Of a DNA stretch of 64,000 bases, positions 19,424 through 29,647 are shown one piece after another. The notes under the pieces are model-generated. The model was not told the DNA's origin, did not search any database, and was given only the letters and a program-made list of their open reading frames with translations. Origin of the DNA: Candidatus Aegiribacteria sp. (GTDB lineage Bacteria; Fermentibacterota; Fermentibacteria; Fermentibacterales; JCC-6); the NCBI GenBank assembly GCA_046498225.1, contig JAWOBF010000043.1, positions 28,636 through 92,635 of the forward strand, written 5' to 3'. Made by a program: the position numbers and the translations under genes. How positions within the stretch are numbered: position 1 is the stretch's first letter; each line of letters starts with the position of its first letter.

Positions 19424-19433
19424 TTCTCCAATC

Positions 19434-20459
19434 TCATGTTGTAGAGCTTTGAATCTCCTGCCGTATTCTGTCGCTGACCCCGCATCTGTAGAAGTCACAG
19501 GCGGCGACCACGGCGTTTTTGATGGCTTTTGGGGTGCTGCTGCCGTGAGCCACGATAGAAACACCGTCCAGCCCCAGCAGAGGCGCGCCTCCGTACTCGG
19601 CGGAATCGAGTCTCTCCCACAGCTTGGAAAAGGAATGCCTCATGAGAAGATACCCCGCCCGTGAAGCCCAGTGACGCTTCATCTCCAGGTAGAGCGAACC
19701 TCCGACCATGTCAGCTATGGACTCGTACGTCTTGAGAAGCACGTTGCCGGCGAAACCGTCGCACACAACCACATCGGCCTCGCCCTTGAGTATTCCGTCA
19801 CCCTCTATATTGCCCCTGAAATTGAGCCGGGAATCCTCGAGCATACCGTAGAGCTCCTGCAGGACCGCCGGGCCCTTGGTCCTTTCGTGGCCTACGTTCA
19901 GGACCAGGACCCTGGGGTCGTCGATATCGAAGACGCTTCTGGAATATGCGGTGCCCATAATGGCGAACTGGAACAGCTGATTCTCGTTGCATCCAACATT
20001 AGCCCCTACGTCCAGTATCACGGTGGGATTCTTCTGAGTAGGGACGGTTCCGGCTATCGCCGGCCTGGGTATCCCTTCTATTCTCCCGAGGGCGAAGAGA
20101 CTGGCAGCCATCATGGCGCCGGTATTGCCCGGGCTGACCATGGCCTGGGCCAGGCCCTTCTTCTGAAGACCGGCCATGACCACCATGGAGCTGTTCGGCT
20201 TATTCTTCAGGGCTTCGGCCGGATGGTCGGTCATGGTTATGACCTGAGAGGCGTGCTGTATCGAAATGGGAAGCTTCGCCCCTCCGCTCCTGCTAAGAAG
20301 CCCGGACAGGCAGTCCCGGTCTCCCACCAGGGTGATGGAAACGCCGTCGGTGACGGAACCGTCGCAGTCCCTGAAGAACTTCACCACTCCGCTCACGACA
20401 ACGGCCGGCCCGTTGTCCCCTCCCATGGCGTCCACGGCTATATTGAAGTTTTCAGGCAA
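19434..20459 (-). CDS. plsX: Phosphate acyltransferase
   Basis: IAVDAMGGD, GNTGA, LDVGAN, DGFAGN, GGAPLLG, HGSS. Confidence 0.96.
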   Translation of the reverse strand: MPENFNIAVDAMGGDNGPAVVVSGVVKFFRDCDGSVTDGVSITLVGDRDCLSGLLSRSGGAKLPISIQHASQVITMTDHPAEALKNKPNSSMVVMAGLQKKGLAQAMVSPGNTGAMMAASLFALGRIEGIPRPAIAGTVPTQKNPTVILDVGANVGCNENQLFQFAIMGTAYSRSVFDIDDPRVLVLNVGHERTKGPAVLQELYGMLEDSRLNFRGNIEGDGILKGEADVVVCDGFAGNVLLKTYESIADMVGGSLYLEMKRHWASRAGYLLMRHSFSKLWERLDSAEYGGAPLLGLDGVSIVAHGSSTPKAIKNAVVAACDFYRCGVSDRIRQEIQSSTT

Positions 20460-20504
20460 CTGCGAAATCCGTCCTTCCCGTTATCGGGATGAAAGTAAGG
20501 ATGA

Positions 20505-20687
20505 TTATTCCTCTTCAGGTTCCGTTACCTGTCTGCCGTCGTAGAAACCGCAGTGCCTGCAGACCCGGTGAGGGATCCTGGGTTCTCCGCACTGGGGGCA
20601 GCTGCTGACCGACCTGGCCTTCAGGGCGTCGTGGGCCCTGCGCTTGTCTCTTCTTGTTGACGAATGTCTTCTCTTGGGTACGGGCAT
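20505..20687 (-). CDS. rpmF: 50S ribosomal protein L32 (Zn-binding type)
   Basis: MPVPKRRHS..RRDKRR; CPQC, HRVCRHC. Confidence 0.97.
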   Translation of the reverse strand: MPVPKRRHSSTRRDKRRAHDALKARSVSSCPQCGEPRIPHRVCRHCGFYDGRQVTEPEEE

Positions 20688-20763
20688 GATTCCTTCTCTT
20701 CCTAGACATCGTTGTTACGATCCGGGTTTGCGGCTGAAATTTACCGGGTAAACCGTAATATAC

Positions 20764-21192
20764 TCAAATATAATCTATTCCGGGGCAGTCGGAAGAGCAG
20801 AGGGGTTTTCCGGGTATGGAGAGTATTATGGCTTCCCTTACCGCTTCCAGCACGTTCAGTTCACCGGAATCGGATATCAGTTCCCTCGGTTCCTCTTCCG
20901 GCGCGGCAGGTATCCAGCTGTATTCCCGGATTATTTCCTCCCGGACCGGAAAAACCGCGGGCTGAAGACATCTGGCGCACCGGGTCTGAAAGCGCGCGTC
21001 AAAGCTGCCGGTGCAGATGACGGCTTTTTCCTCCAGGTCCACGGTCAGGTCCAGGACGCCTGTGTCCCCGGCAGGTTCAACATCTTCGATTGACCATTCC
21101 ACATCCCTGAGAGGTATTATGAAACTGCCCCTGTTGGTGCCCCGGGAGAGGCTTCTCATGTCCAGCGCCAGTTTTTCCGTGTCCAGCTTCAC
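20764..21192 (-). CDS. yceD: DUF177/YceD protein
   Basis: CARCL and PLCSSDCPG; directly upstream of rpmF. Confidence 0.85.
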   Translation of the reverse strand: MKLDTEKLALDMRSLSRGTNRGSFIIPLRDVEWSIEDVEPAGDTGVLDLTVDLEEKAVICTGSFDARFQTRCARCLQPAVFPVREEIIREYSWIPAAPEEEPRELISDSGELNVLEAVREAIILSIPGKPLCSSDCPGIDYI

Positions 21193-22592
21193 CGTTCACC
21201 CGCCTCCCGGCGGAGATCGGAGGTGACCCGGTCCAGGAGCCTGTCCCTGGAATCGGGGGCATCGGACTGGGCGTATATCCTGGCCAGCGGCTCGGTGCCC
21301 GAGAGCCTGATGAGTATCCAGTCTCCCCCCTCCAGAACAAGCCTGGTCCCGTCCGTACGGTCCACCGATTCCACCCGCCGGCCGGCTACGGCCCCGGGAC
21401 TGGAATCGAACCAGTTCTCCCGGATGAGTTCCCCGAGCGGCGGGGAAAGACGCATGTCCCTCCTGGATAAGAATATCCTTCCGTACCTTTTCCACAGCCC
21501 GGACAGCTGTGCGGCAAGCCCCGAGCCGGATGCGCATACCATCTCGGCCGCCATCAGGCATGCAAGTATTCCATCCTTCTCCGGGACGTGGCCGTCGATG
21601 GAGAGGCCTCCGCTCTCCTCGCCGGCAAGTATCACTCCGCCCCTGCGCATCTCGGCTCCGAGGTACTTGAAACCAACCGGCGTAACCACCGTTTCCAGAC
21701 CGTGGGCGGAGGCTACCCGGTCGAGAAGACTCCCCGTGGTAACGGACCTTACAACCCTGCCGGTGAAGCCCTTCCGCTTAACCAGGTAATCGAGAAGCAG
21801 AGGAAGGAAATCATGCGGAGAAACGAAACTGCCGTTCTCGTCCACTATTCCGAACCTGTCGGCATCACCGTCGGTGGCTGCTCCAAGGGAGGCTCCGCTG
21901 GCCAGGACCTGCCTGCCGAGATCGACGGTACCGCTCTCACCGGGTTCAGGGTGCTGACGTCCGGCGAAAAGAGGGTCTCTGGTGCCGTTGAGAACCCTGA
22001 CGGAAGCGCCGAGTTCCACCAGCAACCTGTCCAGAATACCGGCGCCTGTTCCGGAAAAAGCGTCATATACAACTTTCAGTCCGCTGTCCCTGAAGGCTTC
22101 GGGATCCAGGTACTCCATGATGTCCGGAATGTAATCGATCCTAAGGTCCGCTGAAGTCACGGAACCGGTTCCGGCGGCAGGTTTCTCTCCCGAATCTATC
22201 AGCTCCTCTATTTCGGAGGTCATTCCGTCATCGGCGGGTCCCCCGTGCCACGGGCTGAACTTGATTCCGTTGTACAGCGGGGGATTGTGGCTGGCGGTGA
22301 AATTGATGATGCCGCCGTGCCCTCCCTTTCTGCAGGCATGGGATAGCACCGGGGTGGGGCAGGGTCCATCGGAGAGTATCACGTCAAAACCGTACTCGGA
22401 CATCCTCTCCGCGACCGATTCCGAAAGCTCCGGGGAAAGGAAGCGGCAATCGCCGCCCACTACCAGCGTGTTCCTGCCTTCGCGCTGCAGCAGGACCCCG
22501 ATGGCGTCCGCCACCCTGTTCACCCTTTCCCAGGTGAATTCCCTGGCGATTATCCCTCTCCAGCCGGAAGTTCCGAACCTTATCCGCATCAC
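21189..22592 (-). CDS. Phosphoglucomutase/phosphomannomutase family protein
   Basis: FGTSGWRG, TASHNP, DGDADR, GEESGG, RLSGTEP. Confidence 0.94.
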   Translation of the reverse strand: MMRIRFGTSGWRGIIAREFTWERVNRVADAIGVLLQREGRNTLVVGGDCRFLSPELSESVAERMSEYGFDVILSDGPCPTPVLSHACRKGGHGGIINFTASHNPPLYNGIKFSPWHGGPADDGMTSEIEELIDSGEKPAAGTGSVTSADLRIDYIPDIMEYLDPEAFRDSGLKVVYDAFSGTGAGILDRLLVELGASVRVLNGTRDPLFAGRQHPEPGESGTVDLGRQVLASGASLGAATDGDADRFGIVDENGSFVSPHDFLPLLLDYLVKRKGFTGRVVRSVTTGSLLDRVASAHGLETVVTPVGFKYLGAEMRRGGVILAGEESGGLSIDGHVPEKDGILACLMAAEMVCASGSGLAAQLSGLWKRYGRIFLSRRDMRLSPPLGELIRENWFDSSPGAVAGRRVESVDRTDGTRLVLEGGDWILIRLSGTEPLARIYAQSDAPDSRDRLLDRVTSDLRREAGER

Positions 22593-24070
22593 TCCCCCTC
22601 CCTGAGGAACTGAAGCGCTCTCTGAATGCCGTCGTCATGGGGCGTCATAACCCTGTAGTACATCTCGCGGTCCCAGACCCTGCCGGCTATCTCCGAGAAG
22701 AGGGCGGTCTCGATGTAGAAGAGGTTGTCGGTGAATTCGCCCTCCTCCCATTCGATGCCCCGGTCCAGGAGGTACTGCCTGAACTCCGCAATCGTGCTTT
22801 CATCCGGCCAGAAATCCTCCTCGATATCGTGCTCCTGGACGTATTCAGTGGCGAAATTGAAGAACTCCGAACCCAGGTAGAGTTCCGCCGGAAGGGAACC
22901 GGACAGATGCTGGGAGTCCAATTCGATGTCGGGGACTATTCCCCAGGTGGCCAGGGAATCGTCAACCTCCTGGCCGTTCATGTAATCCTCATCCATGGTC
23001 CTGTCTATGCTCCTGCCGCTGGGAGTGTAGTATCTGGCTGTGGTGAGCTTGACGCCGTAATGGCCGAGATTGGGGAATTCCCCGAGGTCCATGAGGGTCT
23101 GGACCGAACCCTTTCCGAATGTCCTGCTTCCTATGAGGGTGGCGGCGTCGTTATCCTGAAGGGCGCCTGCCAGTATCTCCGAGGAGCTTGCGCTTGCTCC
23201 GTCCACAAGCAGCACCAGCCGCCCGCCGAACAGCACGCCCTTTGATGTGTAGTAGTCGTCCCGCCCTACTGCCTTGCCCCGGGTGGACACAACCAGGGTG
23301 CCGGAGGGAAGGAAGAAGTCGGCCACTTCCACCGCGGCTGAGAACAGACCTCCGGCGTTGCCCCTGATATCAAGTATCAGGCTTTCCGCTCCCCGGTCCA
23401 CAAGGTCATTTGTGGCCTCCATGACCTCCTTTCCCGTTTCCTCACCGAACCTGGCAAGACGAATGTAACCGACGGCGTCATCTATCATGAAGTTCGCGCT
23501 GACCGATGGCAGGTCTATCACATCGCGCTGAATGTTGAACTCCAGGGAATCCGAAATACCGGGCCGGACCACGGTGAGGTCCACCGTTGTGCCTTCAGGC
23601 CCCCTGATCTGCATCACGGCCTCGGTGGTGGTGATACCCTCGGTGGAGCTGCCGTCTATCTCCACTATCCTGTCACCCGCCTTCATTCCGGCCCTGAAGG
23701 CCGGGGTACCCTCCACCGGGGCGATGACGGTCAGCCAGTCCTCCCTGATGCCGATGGTTATTCCCACACCCTCGAAGGAGCCGGAGAGCTGAATTCTCAG
23801 GTTCTCGTAATCGTCCGGGTTCAGCAGCACGCTGTTGGGGTCCAGCGAATCCAGCATTCCCCTCAGCGCCGCCTCTATGAGTTCCTGGGAATCCAGTGAA
23901 TCAACATAGGTCACGCTGGTCCTGGAGAAGACGTCCATGAAAAGCTCTATGGAGGAATTCGTCGTCACCGCGTCGTAGGCGATGGCGGAGGGAAGCAGCA
24001 TCAGACCGGCAGCGACTATCAGGCCGGCGGCTAGCACGACTGTTACCCATCCGGGCAGAAATTTTTTCAT
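22589..24070 (-). CDS. S41 C-terminal processing peptidase
   Basis: PDZ domain (FEGVGI), LDIRGNAGG, SASSSEI, FGKGSVQ. Confidence 0.94.
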   Translation of the reverse strand: MKKFLPGWVTVVLAAGLIVAAGLMLLPSAIAYDAVTTNSSIELFMDVFSRTSVTYVDSLDSQELIEAALRGMLDSLDPNSVLLNPDDYENLRIQLSGSFEGVGITIGIREDWLTVIAPVEGTPAFRAGMKAGDRIVEIDGSSTEGITTTEAVMQIRGPEGTTVDLTVVRPGISDSLEFNIQRDVIDLPSVSANFMIDDAVGYIRLARFGEETGKEVMEATNDLVDRGAESLILDIRGNAGGLFSAAVEVADFFLPSGTLVVSTRGKAVGRDDYYTSKGVLFGGRLVLLVDGASASSSEILAGALQDNDAATLIGSRTFGKGSVQTLMDLGEFPNLGHYGVKLTTARYYTPSGRSIDRTMDEDYMNGQEVDDSLATWGIVPDIELDSQHLSGSLPAELYLGSEFFNFATEYVQEHDIEEDFWPDESTIAEFRQYLLDRGIEWEEGEFTDNLFYIETALFSEIAGRVWDREMYYRVMTPHDDGIQRALQFLREGE

Positions 24071-24732
24071 GGCTTTTCTCCTCCGCTGTCACTTTCGGTT
24101 ATCAGCTCGATCACTCTGCTCTCTATAATCCTGTCCTGGACTTCAGGTTCCTCGGCGGCATCTATGACCAGGTACCTGTCGTTCTCCCCGGCCAGCTGCA
24201 GATATTTATTCCTCACCCTGCGATGGAAGCGGATCTCCTCCCGTTCTATCCTGTCCCTCTGCCTGCCCTGCCTCTGAAGTCTCTTCATTCCCGTTTCCGG
24301 GTCCAGGTCCAGCAGGATGACCAGGTCCGGCAGAAGCCCGCCGGTGGCCAGACTGTCGGCGTTCCTTACGGGAGTCTCGGGAAGTCCGCGTCCACCGATC
24401 TGGTAGGCGAAGGTAGCGTCGGAGAACCTCTCGCACACCACGTTGATACCCTCCGCCATGGCCGGCCTGACCACCAGGTCCACGTTGGAGGCCCGGGACG
24501 CCAGGTAGAGCATCAGTTCGGTGAGAGGGGTTACCTTCAACCGGGGGTCGAGAAGTATGGCCCGAACTTTTTCCGAGGCGGGGGTTCCGCCGGGTTCACG
24601 GGTGTGAATGACGGGTATTCCGCCGGCCTCCAGAGATTCCACAAGCCTTCGGCAGCGAGTGGACTTGCCCGCCCCCTCCACTCCCTCGAAGGTAATGAAA
24701 CGTCCGGTATGGCCGGCTTCATTGATCTTCAA
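24067..24732 (-). CDS. tmk: Thymidylate kinase
   Basis: FEGVEGAGKST, REPGGT, CERFSDATFAYQ. Confidence 0.95.
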   Translation of the reverse strand: MKINEAGHTGRFITFEGVEGAGKSTRCRRLVESLEAGGIPVIHTREPGGTPASEKVRAILLDPRLKVTPLTELMLYLASRASNVDLVVRPAMAEGINVVCERFSDATFAYQIGGRGLPETPVRNADSLATGGLLPDLVILLDLDPETGMKRLQRQGRQRDRIEREEIRFHRRVRNKYLQLAGENDRYLVIDAAEEPEVQDRIIESRVIELITESDSGGEKP

Positions 24733-24735
24733 GAG

Positions 24736-25857
24736 CTATTTCTTAGGCTTCTTCTCCGAAGCCTTCGTCTCCTGCTTGTTCTGGTGGTACTGCTCTATGT
24801 AGTCCTCTGTCATCCTGCGGCACTGGTCATCGTAATACTGGACCGGAGGCGACTTGAAGAAGTAGGATGAGGGAGCCTCTATCGCTCCGGAGAGCCCGTT
24901 GTCAAGAGCCAGCTTGGCGCATCTGACGGCATCGATGATAACCCCGGCGGAATTGGGGCTGTCCACCACCTCCAGCTTCGCCTCGATGTTCAGGGGGACC
25001 TCTCCGAAACTGGTGCCCTCCATTCGAATGTAGCACCACTTCCTGTCATCCAGCCACTCTATGTAATCGCTGGGACCGATATGGACGTTCCTCGGCTCCA
25101 GTCCCCCGGGAAGCTGAGAGGTAACCGCGTTGGTCTTGGATATCTTCTTGCTCTCCAGCCTTTCCCTCTCCAGCATGTTCAGGAAATCGGTGTTGCCTCC
25201 CACGTTCAGCTGATAGGTCCTGTCGAGCCTGACCCCCCTGTCCTCGTAAAGCCTTGTCATCACCCTGTGAAGGATGGTGGCTCCCACCTGGCTCTTTATG
25301 TCGTCGCCCAGGACGGGAAGGCCGCGGTCACGGAATCGCTTCTGCCAGTAGGCCTCGCCGGCTATGAAGACCGGAATGGCGTTGACGAACGCGCAACCGG
25401 CGTCCAGTATCTGTTCAACGTACCATTTGGTGGCCTCTTCGCTTCCTACAGGAAGGTAGCTGACTACTACGTCGGTCTTTGTCTCCTTCAGAATGCCCAC
25501 TATGTCCGAGGTGGGGCCCGGCGCCTTTTCGATGACTTCCTTCAGATATTTCCCCAGGCCGTCATGGGTCATTCCCCTGTGAACCTTTACGCCCATCTTG
25601 GGAACGTCACAGAGCTTCACGGTACAGTTGGGCTCTGCGAAGATGGCCTCGCTGAGATCCTTTCCGACCTTGGTGACGTTGATATCGAAGGCGGCGGAGA
25701 ACTCGACATCGTTAATGTGATAGCCGCCCAGGTTCACGTGCATCAGCCCCGGGACCTTCTCCGTGTCCCTGGCGTTACGGTAGAACTCCACGCCCTGAAC
25801 CAGACTGCTGGCGCAGTTGCCTACACCGATTATGGCTACTCTCACTTTCTTGGACAT
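24736..25857 (-). CDS. ino1: Myo-inositol-1-phosphate synthase
   Basis: [54 protein letters not shown]. Confidence 0.96.
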   Translation of the reverse strand: MSKKVRVAIIGVGNCASSLVQGVEFYRNARDTEKVPGLMHVNLGGYHINDVEFSAAFDINVTKVGKDLSEAIFAEPNCTVKLCDVPKMGVKVHRGMTHDGLGKYLKEVIEKAPGPTSDIVGILKETKTDVVVSYLPVGSEEATKWYVEQILDAGCAFVNAIPVFIAGEAYWQKRFRDRGLPVLGDDIKSQVGATILHRVMTRLYEDRGVRLDRTYQLNVGGNTDFLNMLERERLESKKISKTNAVTSQLPGGLEPRNVHIGPSDYIEWLDDRKWCYIRMEGTSFGEVPLNIEAKLEVVDSPNSAGVIIDAVRCAKLALDNGLSGAIEAPSSYFFKSPPVQYYDDQCRRMTEDYIEQYHQNKQETKASEKKPKK

Positions 25858-25909
25858 TCATATCCTCCCTGAAGGGATTGAACGAATAAATAAACGGCCT
25901 GCAGGAGTC

Positions 25910-26518
25910 TCATTCCTCATCCAGCGCGACTCCTCTGCCGTCCCTGATTACTCTTGCGAACCTCTGCGCCGCGGTGAACCAGGTCCCCGCGGACATCACC
26001 GCCAGCATGATGACTATGGCCCGTGTGTCCCACAGGCCGGCGGCCACCAGGCCGGCTATCAGAAGGACCAGCCTCTCCGTTCTGGTGAATATACCAACAG
26101 AACCGAAAAGTTTCACTCCCTCTGCCCTGGCCCTGATATAGCTGACCATGTACGAGCCTCCGATGGCGGCCGGGACCAGATAGACCAGCGAATGATGAAC
26201 AGAACCCGCTTCTCCCGCAAGCATCGCGCCGAAGATAAACAGTTCGCCGACCCGGTCGGAGCTGGAATCGAAGACCGCCCCCGCCTTGCTGACTATGCCC
26301 TTCCTGCGGGCAAGCTCCCCGTCGACTGCATCCAGGATGCTTCCGCCGGCGAGGAATGCCGTTCCCGCAATGTAACTGCCACCCCATACGAACCATGCGG
26401 CCACGGCCGTGAGCAGCAATCCCGCGGTTGTGACCGAGAAGGGTCCAACTCCCATGCCCAGAAGCAGCCTTACAAGGGGTTCAAGCAATCTCCTGCCGGC
26501 GTCCTTAATATCGTCCAG
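25910..26518 (-). CDS. CDP-alcohol phosphatidyltransferase, probable phosphatidylinositol-phosphate synthase
   Basis: DAVDGELAR...GAVFDSSSDR signature; SYIRARAEG, RTER; adjacent to ino1; start CTG 26518 or TTG 26488. Confidence 0.88.
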   Translation of the reverse strand: MDDIKDAGRRLLEPLVRLLLGMGVGPFSVTTAGLLLTAVAAWFVWGGSYIAGTAFLAGGSILDAVDGELARRKGIVSKAGAVFDSSSDRVGELFIFGAMLAGEAGSVHHSLVYLVPAAIGGSYMVSYIRARAEGVKLFGSVGIFTRTERLVLLIAGLVAAGLWDTRAIVIMLAVMSAGTWFTAAQRFARVIRDGRGVALDEE

Positions 26519-26584
26519 GTTAAATCATCCCCCCTGGAAACAGTTCCGCAAAGCATTGTAAAATAGAGCCGGCGGATGTCATCG

Positions 26585-27283
26585 TCAATCAAAAAGACCG
26601 GATTCCACACCCGCTCCACCTACAACCAGCGTTATCTCCCCGCGGACCTTCTTTTCGGAGAAGTGCTCCGCTGCCATTTCGATGTTTCCCCGCACGTACT
26701 CCTCATGGAGCTTGGTCATCTCCCTGGCTACACAGACAGGTCTGTTGCCAAGAATTCGCCTCATTTCCTCCAGATACCTGAGGAGATGATGGGGACCAAG
26801 GTAATATACAATGGAACCGGCGTAGGTGGACATCTCTTCCAGCCTGGAGGTTCTGGCCCCGCTCTTCCGTGGAAGGAATCCCTCGAAGGCGAACCTGTCG
26901 GTGGGCAGCCCTGACGCGGCAAGAGCGCAGACCACCGCGGAGGGACCGGGCACCGCTGTCACCTGATGACCGTCTTCCAGAGCCGCCCGCACAGCGCGGT
27001 ATGCGGGGTCGGATATACCGGGCATTCCGGCGTCGGAGACCAGGGCCACGGTAAGTCCGTCCGTGAGGAACCCCAGTATCTGGGGGATTCTGCCCGAGGC
27101 ATTGTGGTCATGGTAACTGTACAGCCTTCGGCGGTCTTCCACGAACTTCGCCGTCCTCCTGGTATCCTCCGCCATCACCACATGCGCCGTGGCGATGGTC
27201 TCCCGGGCACGGGGAGATATGTCGGACAGGTTTCCGATGGGCGTCCCCACCAGCACCAGCTTTCCATCTCCGCCCGGCGTCAT
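26585..27283 (-). CDS. rsmI: 16S rRNA C1402 2'-O-methyltransferase
   Basis: GTPIGNLSD, AEDTR, SDAGMPGISDP, REMTKLHEE. Confidence 0.95.
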   Translation of the reverse strand: MTPGGDGKLVLVGTPIGNLSDISPRARETIATAHVVMAEDTRRTAKFVEDRRRLYSYHDHNASGRIPQILGFLTDGLTVALVSDAGMPGISDPAYRAVRAALEDGHQVTAVPGPSAVVCALAASGLPTDRFAFEGFLPRKSGARTSRLEEMSTYAGSIVYYLGPHHLLRYLEEMRRILGNRPVCVAREMTKLHEEYVRGNIEMAAEHFSEKKVRGEITLVVGGAGVESGLFD

Positions 27284-27537
27284 TCCCCTGCGTCCTCCCG
27301 ACCGCGCCGGTCAGTTCTCTCCAGGAGCCTTCTCTGAAGTTCCGCCACCCTGCCGGAAAGCTCCTCCGTTTCCCGGAGGTTCCTTCTGAACTGTACATCG
27401 AGAACGTCTCCCTCCCTGCTGCCGGGGGGAAGGTACCGGGCGGGAACCAGCCAGGACTGGCCGTCCTCCGTTATCAGGACCGCCAGATCCTCCTCTATCC
27501 TGTCAAGCGAAACCATCAATCCATTTTCAAGAGCCAT
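27280..27537 (-). CDS. DUF3006-like small protein
   Basis: LDRIEEDLAVL...LPPGSREGDVL pattern followed by a helix. Confidence 0.8.
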   Translation of the reverse strand: MALENGLMVSLDRIEEDLAVLITEDGQSWLVPARYLPPGSREGDVLDVQFRRNLRETEELSGRVAELQRRLLERTDRRGREDAGE

Positions 27538-27565
27538 ATCCCTCCCTCAGGCAAATGTCCCATTT

Positions 27566-28003
27566 TCAGCCCCGGCACCGAAATGGGACATTTCCGAAGA
27601 ACAGTACAGTTATTCCCAGGCCGGCGGCAAGTCCGGTTAGCATTCTCAGCAGGTTGCCGCTCTGGTAGATATTGTGATACTGCAGAAGCCCGTCGACGGC
27701 AAGGGGAAGCAGGGCGGGAATTCCAGCCCAGAACGGAACGCGTATCGCGGGCCTGTACATCAGGACGGTTCCCGCGGCGGCTCCCAGCCAGAAGGCGGTA
27801 CATCTGGCGCAGAGGGCCGAGTACCCCCACGGCAGCAGCACAGACCGGGAGGGCAGCCGGTGGCATACGGCGGAAAGCGCGGGGTCGAGGAAACCGCAGG
27901 CCTTCCCGGTGAGAGGTCCGGCCATGGAAAGGGCGAAAAGCAGGAAGGAGGGCACACCCAGCATAAGAGCCAGGACGAGCCTCCCCCCGCTGAACCGTTT
28001 CAT
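27566..28003 (-). CDS. DUF2085-like membrane protein
   Basis: CHRLPSRS, CARCTA, PLAVDG, NLLRMLTG. Confidence 0.82.
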   Translation of the reverse strand: MKRFSGGRLVLALMLGVPSFLLFALSMAGPLTGKACGFLDPALSAVCHRLPSRSVLLPWGYSALCARCTAFWLGAAAGTVLMYRPAIRVPFWAGIPALLPLAVDGLLQYHNIYQSGNLLRMLTGLAAGLGITVLFFGNVPFRCRG

Positions 28004-28034
28004 CGGCTGCCTTCCCCGCAGACGGCCCTGAGGT

Positions 28035-29633
28035 TCAATCCCCTATCCAGATTATTCTGGTCTGGTTGTCGGGTTCCACCATGTCAAGCATGTCGATATA
28101 GGCGGTAACAGCCTCACGCAGAGTCATCTCCGCGGGGACAGCCTGGTGTTCCAGCATTATATCGTATCCCACGTTTCCCTGGGCCAGGTATCCGGTGGTG
28201 ACGAATCTGTATACGCTGTCCGGATGCCAGGGCTCTCCCCCGACAAGGATATTGTCCATTTTCTGACCGTCGGGCATGGACTGGTCCCTTGTGGCGGTGA
28301 GGCCGCCTATCTCCATGTCCCTTCTCCGGCCCTGCATGCCTGTCTCCAGGATGTCCTTCAGCTGGGAGCCGGTGAGTTCCATGACGAAAAGCTGCTCCTC
28401 GAAGGGAAGGCACTGGTAGATGATTCGGGGAGTGACGGGACCCCTGGGCAGGGCGGCCCTTATTCCCCCCCGGTTCATAAGGGCGACGTCGGCATCCGTG
28501 CTCCAGAGCATGGCATCGGCCACCAGCCTTCCCATGGGATGCTCGGCCCCTCCCCTGGGTATCTCGTCCAGGGCCTCACCGATGACCTGGTCCATGCCGG
28601 CTTCGGCCACCGACCTGAATTCCTCTATCATTCGGGCCACTTCCGGGTCGGGCCAGAACTGGTCATGCAGAAGACTGATATACTCCTCGCCCTCCGGCAG
28701 GTCGTAGCCGACCAGGGTCCCGCTGTCGGTATCAATGGCCAGCCTTATCCGCCCTATGCCTGTGCCGTTGGCGTAACCCTGAACTACTACGGTGTGGCTT
28801 ACCGGGCTCACCCATGGCTCCGCGAACCCCACGTGGAAATGACCGGAGACGATAAGGTCGATGCCCTGGACAAGGCAGGTGAGTTCGGCGTTGTTCATGG
28901 AGAAGTCCTTGGTGTACTCCTCCCCCTCCCTCCATGCGTCGAAGACCCTCTGGAGGTAGCGGTCCGGGTCCGACGGCTGGCCCAGGTGGGAGACGAGTAT
29001 GATGATGTCGGCACCCAGTTCGGTGACCTCGCTGACGTATCTCTCGGCGGTCTCCACCTCGTTCAGGAACACATAATCGCCCAGGAGCTCGGGGGTTACC
29101 AGGCCGTAGGTGTCAGGTGTGTTGAGCCCTATGAACGCTACTTTCGCGCCGTCGTACTCCCTTATCTCGTAGGGAACGACCGGGTCCGGTATCTCCCCGG
29201 TGGAAGCATTTACGAAGTTCGCGCAGACAACGGGGAACTCCGCCTGCTCGCACAGTTCCAGGGCATTGTCGGTCCCGTCGTCCAGATCATGGTTCCCCAG
29301 GGTCATCATGTCGTAACCGGCGGCGTTCATCCATTCCATCACGAACTCCCCACCCTCGTAGTTCCCGGTGGGGGTGCCCTGGTATATGTCTCCCGCGTCG
29401 ATGAGAAGGACGTATTCTCCATTCTCCCGGCATTCCCGCCTTACATCGTTCACGTAGGCGCTTATGTAGGCCCCGCCGCCTATCATGGGGGGAAAGTCCG
29501 GGTTGAGAAAACTGGCCTTCTGAGGCACTATCCCTCCGTGCATATCGTTGGTGTGAAGTATATTGAGGTATATTATCTCTCCCGACGCCCCGAAGGCCAG
29601 CACAAGCGACAGGATGGGAAGCAGTAGTCTCAC
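28035..29633 (-). CDS. Exported 5'-nucleotidase / calcineurin-like metallophosphatase (UshA-like)
   Basis: Signal peptide; HTNDMHG, DAGD, GNHD, SHLG, GHFH; C-domain NRGGIR..LPF. Confidence 0.93.
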   Translation of the reverse strand: MRLLLPILSLVLAFGASGEIIYLNILHTNDMHGGIVPQKASFLNPDFPPMIGGGAYISAYVNDVRRECRENGEYVLLIDAGDIYQGTPTGNYEGGEFVMEWMNAAGYDMMTLGNHDLDDGTDNALELCEQAEFPVVCANFVNASTGEIPDPVVPYEIREYDGAKVAFIGLNTPDTYGLVTPELLGDYVFLNEVETAERYVSEVTELGADIIILVSHLGQPSDPDRYLQRVFDAWREGEEYTKDFSMNNAELTCLVQGIDLIVSGHFHVGFAEPWVSPVSHTVVVQGYANGTGIGRIRLAIDTDSGTLVGYDLPEGEEYISLLHDQFWPDPEVARMIEEFRSVAEAGMDQVIGEALDEIPRGGAEHPMGRLVADAMLWSTDADVALMNRGGIRAALPRGPVTPRIIYQCLPFEEQLFVMELTGSQLKDILETGMQGRRRDMEIGGLTATRDQSMPDGQKMDNILVGGEPWHPDSVYRFVTTGYLAQGNVGYDIMLEHQAVPAEMTLREAVTAYIDMLDMVEPDNQTRIIWIGD

Positions 29634-29647
29634 TTTATTCCCCCCGC

